From contig JBGPJK010000001.1 of assembly GCA_041485425.1 (NCBI GenBank), forward strand, positions 1-46,262: a DNA stretch of 46,262 nucleotides, read 5' to 3'. Both the position numbers and the translations under genes were made by a program. This document shows positions 35,554 to 42,777 of this stretch, in pieces. The first letter of the stretch is position 1; each line of letters begins with the position of its first letter. This DNA comes from Terriglobia bacterium (GTDB lineage Bacteria; Acidobacteriota; Terriglobia; Terriglobales; Acidobacteriaceae). Under the pieces are notes generated by a model. The model searched no databases and was not told where the DNA came from. It saw only the letters and a program-made list of their open reading frames with translations.

Positions 35554-36969
35554 ATGGGAGTGAACAGCGTAGAATTCATGAGCCAAGTAACCGTGATGAC
35601 TGCCACCAGCAACCCTCGAGTGTTGATCGCTGATGACCAGCGCGACGTGCTGGAAGCCTTGCGCCTTCTGCTCAAGCGCGAGGGATTCACCATTGAGACC
35701 ACGGCCTCTCCCGCGGGCGTTCTCGACGCGCTGCAATCGCGCGAATTCGACGCCGCCCTCATTGACCTGAACTATGCCCGCGATACCACGTCCGGCCAGG
35801 AAGGCCTGGACTTGCTTTCGCGTATCCAGGGGATTGACAGCACCCTTCCCGTGATCGTGATGACGGCCTGGGGCAGTGTGGATGTGGCGGTCGAAGCCAT
35901 GCGGCGCGGCGCCCGCGACTTCATCCAGAAACCCTGGGAAAATGCGCGTTTGCTGGCGGTGTTGCGAACCCAAATCGAACTCAGCGGCGCAGTGCGTCGC
36001 AGCCAGCAACTGGAAGCCGAGAACCGCCTCTTGCGCGCCGAGGGATCCCCTTCCTTCATTGCCGAAGCCGAAGTCATGCAGCCGGTTTTGCGCCTCATCA
36101 GCAAGGTCGGCCCTTCCGACGCCAACGTTCTCATCACCGGCGAGCACGGCAGCGGCAAGGAAGTGGTCGCGCGCACCCTGCATGCGCTTTCCAAGCGCGC
36201 TTCGCGTCCCCTCGTAACCGTCAACACGGGCGGGCTCTCGGAAGGAATCTTTGAGAGTGAGCTCTTCGGCCACGTGCGCGGCGCGTTCACCGACGCCAAA
36301 AGCGACCGCATCGGGCGCTTCGAGTTGGCCCATGGCGGAACTCTTTTCCTCGACGAAATCGCCAACGTTCCGCTATCGCAACAGGCCAAATTGCTGCGCG
36401 TGCTGGAAATTGGCGAAATGGAACGGGTGGGTTCTTCCCGCACCCTGCGCGTCGACGTGCGCATTATTTCCGCCACCAATGCCGACCTGGACAAGGAGAC
36501 TGCCTCGGGCCGCTTCCGCCAGGACTTGCTGTTCCGCCTGAACACGGTGGAGATCCACCTCCCGCCGCTGCGGGAACGGCGGCGCGACATTCCCGTGCTC
36601 GCCATGCACTTCCTGAAGCGTTACGCCGACCGCTATCGCAAGCCCACCTCGAACTTTGACCCGGCGGCAATGCAATTGATGCTGGATTACGCCTGGCCCG
36701 GCAATGTCCGCGAACTTGATCACTCGGTCGAGCGCGCGGTTCTGCTGGCGCAAGGGGACGCGGTGCAGGTCAGCGATCTTGGCCTGCGTGAAAGCCGTGA
36801 AACCATGCCGAAAATGGAAGACCTGAGCCTGGAAGAAGTCGAGTCCCTGCTGGTTCGCAAGGCGATCGACCGTTACGCAGGTAATATTAGCCAGGCGGCA
36901 GAAGCGTTGGGACTGAGCCGCAGTGCGCTCTACCGGCGCCTGCAGAAATATGGAATCGGCAGCACTTAA
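35554..36969 (+). CDS. sigma-54-dependent response regulator (NtrC/AtoC-type enhancer-binding protein)
   Basis: 471 aa. Receiver domain (VLIADDQRDVLEAL...DAALIDLNY...VIVMTAWG). AAA+ domain with Walker A GEHGSGKE, the sigma-54 contact loop GAFTDA, and FLDEI. C-terminal Fis-type HTH (ISQAAEALGLSRSALYRRLQKYGI). Alternative starts are at 35578 and 35596. Confidence 0.92.
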   Translation: MGVNSVEFMSQVTVMTATSNPRVLIADDQRDVLEALRLLLKREGFTIETTASPAGVLDALQSREFDAALIDLNYARDTTSGQEGLDLLSRIQGIDSTLPVIVMTAWGSVDVAVEAMRRGARDFIQKPWENARLLAVLRTQIELSGAVRRSQQLEAENRLLRAEGSPSFIAEAEVMQPVLRLISKVGPSDANVLITGEHGSGKEVVARTLHALSKRASRPLVTVNTGGLSEGIFESELFGHVRGAFTDAKSDRIGRFELAHGGTLFLDEIANVPLSQQAKLLRVLEIGEMERVGSSRTLRVDVRIISATNADLDKETASGRFRQDLLFRLNTVEIHLPPLRERRRDIPVLAMHFLKRYADRYRKPTSNFDPAAMQLMLDYAWPGNVRELDHSVERAVLLAQGDAVQVSDLGLRESRETMPKMEDLSLEEVESLLVRKAIDRYAGNISQAAEALGLSRSALYRRLQKYGIGST

Positions 36970-38362
36970 ACCACGGCAGCAGGGAACCGCGGCCCCGATC
37001 ATTCCGGGAGGCCAGTCGCAAGTCTCTGTTCGACGGAAGCCCAAACGCCGTTTAAGCCACGAAAACAGGGTCCTGCTGCTTGCCTTGGCCGCCGGAATTC
37101 CCGGCTTCCTGGTCTCCGTCATCCTGCTTTGGACCGGCGATTACACCGATAGCACCAGGTGGACGCTCACCGCCCTGATCGTGATGGTCTGGCTCGGCTT
37201 CGCATTTTCCGTGCGCTCCACCGTGATCCGGCCGCTGCAGACGCTCTCCAACATGCAATCCGCCTTGCGCGAAGGAGACTTCTCCTTCCGGGTGCGTGGC
37301 GCGAGTTCGAGCGACGCCCTCGGCGAGCTCATGCTCGAGGTGAACACCCTTTCGCAGATGTTGCGCGAGCAGCGGCTCGGCGCCATGGAGGCCAGCGCCC
37401 TTCTCTCCACGGTCATGACGGAGATCGACGTCGCGGTCTTTGCTTTCGATGGCCAGCATCGGCTGCGGCTGGTCAACCGCGCCGGCGAACGGCTCCTCGC
37501 TCAACACACCGAGCGGCTCCTGGGCAAGACGGCGGACGAACTGGGCATGGCGGATTGTCTGGAAGGAGAGTCAGCCCGCACCCTGGAGCGAAATTTCCCT
37601 GGGATTTCCGGGCGCTGGGGCATGCGGCGAACCACCTTCCGCCAGGGCGGCGTGCCGCACTACCTGGTAGTTCTGACCGACTTGAGTCGTACCCTGCGTG
37701 AAGAGGAAAGGCAAGCCTGGCAGCGCCTGGTGCGCGTACTCGGACATGAACTGAACAATTCTCTGGCTCCCATCTGCTCCATCGCCGGCAGCCTCGAGGA
37801 TATCGTGAAGCGCGAATCCCGGCCCTCCGATTGGGAAGAAGACCTGCGGCGTGGCTTGCGCGTGATCGCTGAGCGATCGGAAGCCCTGGGCCGGTTCATG
37901 AAGGATTACGGTCGCCTCACGCGTCTTCCGAAACCACAACTCCGCCCGGTAGCGGTCGGTGCGCTGATCAACGCCGCGGTAGGACTGGAACGGAGAATGG
38001 CGATTGAGTTGGCGCCCGGGCCTGAACTGATGGTCGAAGCTGATCCCGACCAGTTGCAGCAACTCCTGATCAATCTCATCCGCAATGCCGTGGATGCATC
38101 GCTCGAGACCGGCGGCAGTGTCCGCATTGGCTGGACGAAAAACGGGAACACGGTCAACATCAGTGTCCAGGACCAAGGCCCAGGGATCGCCAATTCCGCT
38201 AATTTGTTCGTGCCGTTTTTCACCACCAAGCCGGGCGGATCGGGCATCGGCCTGGTGCTGAGCCGGCAAATTGCCGAAGCCCACGGCGGCAGCCTCACGG
38301 TGGCCAACCGTCCCGCGCAACGCGGGTGTGAGGCCAGCCTGCAACTGCCGCTGCGGCCTTGA
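36950..38362 (+). CDS. sensor histidine kinase (2 TM, HAMP, PAS-like, HisKA, HATPase_c; NtrY-like architecture)
   Basis: The ATG at 36950 overlaps the regulator gene by 20 nt (the ORF opens at a GTG at 36923). The TM pair is followed by a HAMP (IRPLQTLSNMQSALREGDFSF...LGELMLEVNTLSQML). H-box LGHELNNSLAPI, N-box LINLIRNAVDA, G-boxes DQGPGI and GGSGIGL. Confidence 0.88.
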   Translation: MESAALKPRQQGTAAPIIPGGQSQVSVRRKPKRRLSHENRVLLLALAAGIPGFLVSVILLWTGDYTDSTRWTLTALIVMVWLGFAFSVRSTVIRPLQTLSNMQSALREGDFSFRVRGASSSDALGELMLEVNTLSQMLREQRLGAMEASALLSTVMTEIDVAVFAFDGQHRLRLVNRAGERLLAQHTERLLGKTADELGMADCLEGESARTLERNFPGISGRWGMRRTTFRQGGVPHYLVVLTDLSRTLREEERQAWQRLVRVLGHELNNSLAPICSIAGSLEDIVKRESRPSDWEEDLRRGLRVIAERSEALGRFMKDYGRLTRLPKPQLRPVAVGALINAAVGLERRMAIELAPGPELMVEADPDQLQQLLINLIRNAVDASLETGGSVRIGWTKNGNTVNISVQDQGPGIANSANLFVPFFTTKPGGSGIGLVLSRQIAEAHGGSLTVANRPAQRGCEASLQLPLRP

Positions 38363-38424
38363 GTTAACTGCATCGATTGCCTCGGAATCGGCCTCTGGCA
38401 AGGCTTTTCGGCCCTCGGAATCAC

Positions 38425-38453
38425 TGGACAATCGCCCCAAATTGGTGTAAAAA
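38425..38453 (+). promoter_or_regulatory. candidate sigma-70 promoter for pqqA
   Basis: -35 TGGACA (38425-38430), 17-nt spacer, -10 TAAAAA (38448-38453), about 25 nt upstream of the pqqA ATG. Confidence 0.35.
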
Positions 38454-38478
38454 CAACGGAGCTTGAAGGAGTTCGCCG

Positions 38479-38556
38479 ATGAAATGGACCGTACCTCAGT
38501 TTGAAGAAGTGGCGTTGAACTGCGAAATTAACTCCTACGCGAGTGCTGCGCTGTAA
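38479..38556 (+). CDS. pqqA: PqqA, pyrroloquinoline quinone precursor peptide (25 aa)
   Basis: It is not in the ORF track because it is too short. The ATG is preceded by AAGGAG (38466-38471, 7-nt spacing). The translation is MKWTVPQFEEVALNCEINSYASAAL. It contains the E-x-x-x-Y (EINSY) cross-link motif. It ends 9 nt before pqqB. Confidence 0.85.
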   Translation: MKWTVPQFEEVALNCEINSYASAAL

Positions 38557-38565
38557 TCTGTAGGA

Positions 38566-39489
38566 ATGCGGATTGAAATCCTGGGCTCGGCCGCAGGTGG
38601 CGGTTTTCCACAGTGGAACTGTGGCTGCCGCAACTGCCTGGCGGTTCGCAGCGGGACTTTCCCAGGCAAGATTCGCACCCAGACCCAGGTCGCCCTCAGC
38701 AACGACAATCGGTCCTGGTACCTGCTGAATGCCTCGCCCGATCTGCGTCTGCAGATCGAGGCTACTCCCGCACTTCACCCGCGGGACAGCGGACGAAGTT
38801 CCCCCATTTGCGGTGTTCTGCTTACCAGCGGCGATCTCGATCAAGTTGCTGGCCTGCTCTCGCTGCGGGAATTGCAGCCGTTCCGGATTTATTGCACACC
38901 CTCCCTGCGTCGCATTTTGCGTGAAGACAACAGCGTATTCGCCATGCTGAATCGGGTTCCCGATCAAGTTGTGTGGACGGAAATCATCCCGGGCGAGAGC
39001 TTTGCCTTGCTGTCTGTCGACGGAGAAGAATCGGGCTTGTGCTGCGAACCGCTGCCGCTGGGAACCCGCTATCCTGCTTACGTCAGAGAGCGGCCCACTA
39101 GCCGGTCGCCCGGGGAAGCCTCCCTGGGTTTGATAGTAGGATCGTCAGGCGGACGATTGGCTTACCTTCCGGCGGTTCCGGGAGTGGACGACGCTCTGCT
39201 ACGGCATCTGGATACTGCGGACCTGCTTCTGTTCGACGGTACATTCTGGAGCGACGATGAACTCATCCGCGTGCAGGGTGGTGGATCCACAGCCCGGCAA
39301 ATGGGGCACATCCCCGTATCATCGGAGGAAGGAAGCTTGCGCAAGCTGGCCGGATTGCGGCGGTCCCGCAAAATCTTCGTGCACGTGAATAACACCAACC
39401 CGATGTTAGACCAGTCCAGCCCCGAATACGCCGAGGTGCGTGCGGCCGGCTGGGAGGTGGCGGAGGACGGATGGCACTTCGATCTGTAG
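38566..39489 (+). CDS. pqqB: PqqB, PQQ biosynthesis protein B (metallo-beta-lactamase fold)
   Basis: 307 aa. MRIEILGSAAGGGFPQWNCGCRNC... is the characteristic PqqB N-terminus. Its position between pqqA and pqqC also supports the call. Confidence 0.92.
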   Translation: MRIEILGSAAGGGFPQWNCGCRNCLAVRSGTFPGKIRTQTQVALSNDNRSWYLLNASPDLRLQIEATPALHPRDSGRSSPICGVLLTSGDLDQVAGLLSLRELQPFRIYCTPSLRRILREDNSVFAMLNRVPDQVVWTEIIPGESFALLSVDGEESGLCCEPLPLGTRYPAYVRERPTSRSPGEASLGLIVGSSGGRLAYLPAVPGVDDALLRHLDTADLLLFDGTFWSDDELIRVQGGGSTARQMGHIPVSSEEGSLRKLAGLRRSRKIFVHVNNTNPMLDQSSPEYAEVRAAGWEVAEDGWHFDL

Positions 39490-40232
39490 AGACCGCGTCT
39501 GCGTTCGCTGTACTGTCGCCCGAGGAGTTGCGCGCCCGCCTGCGCCAGGTCGGCGAAGAACGTTACCACCATCGCCATCCCTTTCACCTCATGATGCATG
39601 AAGGCCAACTGAGCCGGGGACAACTGCAAGCCTGGGCCTTGAACCGTTACTACTACCAGAGCCGTATCCCGATTAAGGATGCGATCATCCTTTCCCGCAG
39701 TGCAGAACCGGAGTTTCGCCGCGCCTGGCGCAAGCGTGTAGTGGATCACGACGGCGACGCCACCCACGAGGGCGGCATTGAGCGCTGGATACGGCTGGCG
39801 GAAGCCACCGGCCTCGACCGTGAGCGCGTCATCCGCGGCGACCAGGTGCTGCCCGCGATCCGATATGCCGTGGACGCTTATCTCGAGTTGGTGAGAAACC
39901 GCTCCTTCCTCGAAGCGGTAGCATCTTCGCTGACGGAGCTCTTCTCACGCGACTTGATCGCTTTGCGGATGGATCGCCTGCGGCAGCATTATCCCTGGCT
40001 TTCGGGCGGGCTGGATTACTTCACGGCGCGTCTCGACCAGGCCCCCGAAGATGCCAAGTTTGCCTTGCAATGGGTAACCGAGCATGCGGGCACCCGGGCC
40101 GAGCAGGAGCTGGCCATCGCCGCACTGCGCGCCAAGTGCGACATTCTCTGGGCGCAACTGGACGCGCTTCATTTTGCCTACGTGCAGCCGGGATGGCCTC
40201 CACCGGGCGCGTTCCGTATCCAGGAGTCCTAG
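39471..40232 (+). CDS. pqqC: PqqC, pyrroloquinoline-quinone synthase
   Basis: 253 aa. LRQVGEERYHHRHPFHLMMHEGQLSRGQLQAWALNRYYYQ is typical PqqC. GGAGGA lies upstream. The gene overlaps the pqqB end by 19 nt. Confidence 0.92.
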   Translation: MALRSVETASAFAVLSPEELRARLRQVGEERYHHRHPFHLMMHEGQLSRGQLQAWALNRYYYQSRIPIKDAIILSRSAEPEFRRAWRKRVVDHDGDATHEGGIERWIRLAEATGLDRERVIRGDQVLPAIRYAVDAYLELVRNRSFLEAVASSLTELFSRDLIALRMDRLRQHYPWLSGGLDYFTARLDQAPEDAKFALQWVTEHAGTRAEQELAIAALRAKCDILWAQLDALHFAYVQPGWPPPGAFRIQES

Positions 40233-40234
40233 CC

Positions 40235-40510
40235 ATGGCCCCTCCGGTGGATTCCAGCCAGCCTCGCCTTGCTGCTGGTTGCAGGTGGGGCAAACAGGGC
40301 GACGAGCCGGTCGTACTCTTCCCCGAGGGCATGATCCGCGTGCAGGGGACCGGCCAAAGCGTCCTGGAACTCTGTGACGGCCAGCGCTCCGTCGAGGAGA
40401 TCGTTGGCGTGCTGGCCGGTCGCTACAACAGCGCCGATCCCGCCAAAGTGCGGGAAGACGTGCGCGCTTTTCTGGAAGCTCTGCAGCAGAAGCGCATCGT
40501 GGATTATTGA
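40235..40510 (+). CDS. pqqD: PqqD, PQQ biosynthesis peptide chaperone
   Basis: 91 aa. The ATG lies 2 nt after the pqqC stop. LFPEGMIRVQGTGQSVLELCDGQRSVEEIVGVLAGRY...VREDVRAFLEAL matches the PqqD/RRE fold pattern. The longer ORF from 40070 lies inside pqqC. Confidence 0.88.
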   Translation: MAPPVDSSQPRLAAGCRWGKQGDEPVVLFPEGMIRVQGTGQSVLELCDGQRSVEEIVGVLAGRYNSADPAKVREDVRAFLEALQQKRIVDY

Positions 40511-41595
40511 TGATTCCCAACCCCCTGGCGCTTATCGCTGAGATCACGCATCGCTGCCCGCTGCATTGTGTCTATTGTTCCAATCCCCTGCAGATGGTGG
40601 GCGCTAAGACCGAACTCGCCACCGAAGAGTGGCTGCGGGTCTTTCAGGAGGCCACCCGCCTGGGGATTCTGCACCTTCACCTGACCGGAGGCGAGCCGCT
40701 CGCGCGTACCGACCTGAAAGATCTGGTCGAGGGTGCGCACGCCGCCGGGCTCTACACCAATCTGATCACCTCGGGAATTGGCCTGCCCGAGTCGCGGTTG
40801 CAAGCCCTGGTGGAAGCCGGCCTGGACCACATCCAACTGAGTTTTCAGGACGGAAGAGAGGGACCTGCCAACTGGATCGCTGGCGCCAAGGCTCACGCGC
40901 ACAAAATCGCGCTCGCCCCGGTGATCCGCCGCTTCCGCATCGCTTTTACGGTGAACCTGGTCGTACACCGTCACAATCTCGATCATCTGGAAGAAATGAT
41001 TGCCTTCGTCGAGCAACTTCAACCCGACCGCATGGAAATTGCCCACGCCCAGTATTACGGCTGGGCTCTGAAAAACCGCGACCGCCTGATGCCCACCCGC
41101 GCCCAACTAGAGAACTGCTTGCGCATCGTCGATGCTGCCCAGCAAAGGCTCTCCGGGCGCATGCGCATCGATTGTGTCGTCCCCGACTATTACGCGCGTT
41201 ACCCCAAAGCGTGTATGGGAGGATGGGGCCGCCGCCTCATGCTGATCGATCCTTCCGGGCATGTGCTGCCCTGCCACGCTGCTGGAGTCATCCCCGGCAT
41301 GCAGTTCGACAACGTATGCCATCACCCTTTGGAGTGGATCTGGAACGATTCGCCAGCCTTCCGGCGCTTTCGCGGCGAAGACTGGATGCCCGAGCCGTGC
41401 CGCAGTTGTGACCGTCGCGCCGAGGACTTCGGCGGTTGCCGCTGCCAGGCCTTCCTGCTCACCGGGGATGCCGCCGCGACTGACCCGGTGTGCTCCCTGG
41501 CGCCAACTCACGGCGTAGTGGAAAGCGCTCAACTGCGGGCCAACTCCGGCGAAGCCCAACCTGCAGCGTGGTCCTACCGGCTCAATCCGGAGTAG
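40510..41595 (+). CDS. pqqE: PqqE, radical SAM/SPASM PQQ biosynthesis enzyme
   Basis: LALIAEITHRCPLHCVYCSNP carries the CxxxCxxC radical SAM cluster. The C-terminal SPASM cysteines are present (PCRSCDRRAEDFGGCRCQAF). The ATG at 40510 overlaps the pqqD TGA by 1 nt. An in-frame TTG at 40507 is an alternative start. Confidence 0.92.
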   Translation: MIPNPLALIAEITHRCPLHCVYCSNPLQMVGAKTELATEEWLRVFQEATRLGILHLHLTGGEPLARTDLKDLVEGAHAAGLYTNLITSGIGLPESRLQALVEAGLDHIQLSFQDGREGPANWIAGAKAHAHKIALAPVIRRFRIAFTVNLVVHRHNLDHLEEMIAFVEQLQPDRMEIAHAQYYGWALKNRDRLMPTRAQLENCLRIVDAAQQRLSGRMRIDCVVPDYYARYPKACMGGWGRRLMLIDPSGHVLPCHAAGVIPGMQFDNVCHHPLEWIWNDSPAFRRFRGEDWMPEPCRSCDRRAEDFGGCRCQAFLLTGDAAATDPVCSLAPTHGVVESAQLRANSGEAQPAAWSYRLNPE

Positions 41596-42041
41596 CCCGG
41601 GTTTCAACTGGAACCTCTCATCCAATGGGTGAGAACAGAACCAGGGTCTTCGGGACTTGCAGGAACCCGCTCTCCGGATCAATCCCGAAGCGCGAGAAGC
41701 CGCCCACGCTCCACACATCGCTTGTCTCCGGCAGGACGAAGACCCGGGGTGGTTCACGGTTTCACTCCCAGGGTGGGTAATGGTCTGGCTGAAGCTAAGC
41801 TAGTGGCGCCCGCCGGAGGGTTTGTCTGCAGCTTGTAAAAAGATTGTCAACAAAAGGTTTACCGCCACTTTGGCATCAAAACTGGTAGTAAGCTGCTCTT
41901 GACATTGCGGACTTTGGCTGGAAAAAGAGCATTTACGGAGTACACATGATTAGAGTAGAAGGAAGCCGTGATGCCGCCATCCAGCGGATCCCGGGGAGTC
42001 CGCACGAAGAGCTTTTGTACCCTGACCCGGGAGCGGCCAGC

Positions 42042-42719
42042 ATGGAACGAATTCTGGTTGTAGAAGATGACCGTGCAGTGCAGAAGGCTCTGAAGCGTCT
42101 GTTTGAGACCGAGGGCTTTGCGGTCGAGATCAGCCCGGATGGGAAGTCGGCCCTGGAGGCTTTCCGTGCCGCCGCTCCCGCCGCCATCGTGCTCGATCTG
42201 CGTCTTCCTGCCATGTCGGGCAGAGACGTGTGCCGGGAAATCAAGCAGCAATCGCCTTCCCTCCCCATCATTGTTCTGAGCGCAACCAGTGATGTTTCCG
42301 ACAAAGTGCTGCTGCTCGAACTGGGCGCCGACGACTACGTGACCAAGCCTTTCAGTCCGCGCGAGCTTTTGGCGCGGGTACGAGCCGCGTTGCGGCGCAG
42401 CGTCCGAACGGGCACCGGCGAGACCTTTGGGTTCGACGGAATTTCCGTCGACTTCATCAAAATGGAGGTTACCCGCGACGCTGTGCCGGTGGCACTCACC
42501 GCCCAGGAATTCAAGACCTTAAAATTCCTGGTGCAGAATGCGGACCGTGTCATCTCCCGCGATGAGTTGCTGAATGACGTCTGGGGCTACCAGAATTATC
42601 CCTCCACCCGCACCGTCGACAATCACATCCTGAAGCTGCGCCAGAAGCTGGAGAAAGATCCGGCGAATCCGGTACACTTCCGCACCGTCCATGGGATGGG
42701 TTACAAGTTTGTGCGCTGA
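42042..42719 (+). CDS. OmpR/PhoB-family response regulator
   Basis: The ATG at 42042 is preceded by GGGAG. Receiver domain MERILVVEDDRAV...IVLDLRLPAMSG...LELGADDYVTKPF. Winged-helix output LTAQEFKTLKFLVQN...TRTVDNHILKLRQKLE...VHGMGYKF. The upstream part of the ORF (from 41946) looks non-coding. Confidence 0.92.
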   Translation: MERILVVEDDRAVQKALKRLFETEGFAVEISPDGKSALEAFRAAAPAAIVLDLRLPAMSGRDVCREIKQQSPSLPIIVLSATSDVSDKVLLLELGADDYVTKPFSPRELLARVRAALRRSVRTGTGETFGFDGISVDFIKMEVTRDAVPVALTAQEFKTLKFLVQNADRVISRDELLNDVWGYQNYPSTRTVDNHILKLRQKLEKDPANPVHFRTVHGMGYKFVR

Positions 42720-42777
42720 TGCCGGCAGGAGACCGGACGAGAGACCGCAGGGTTTCTGGGCCAAGGAGAGAGCCAGC

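Noticed and set aside
41596-42041. A 446-nt gap after pqqE, checked for a small gene, riboswitch or terminator. It includes the inverted repeat CTTCGGGA...TCCCGAAG and a TTGACA hexamer at 41898-41903.
   Set aside because: The ORFs there (41629-41838 and others) are Arg/Pro/Ser-rich junk. The inverted repeat has a 27-nt loop and no U-tract. The TTGACA lacks a credible -10. I can support nothing here.
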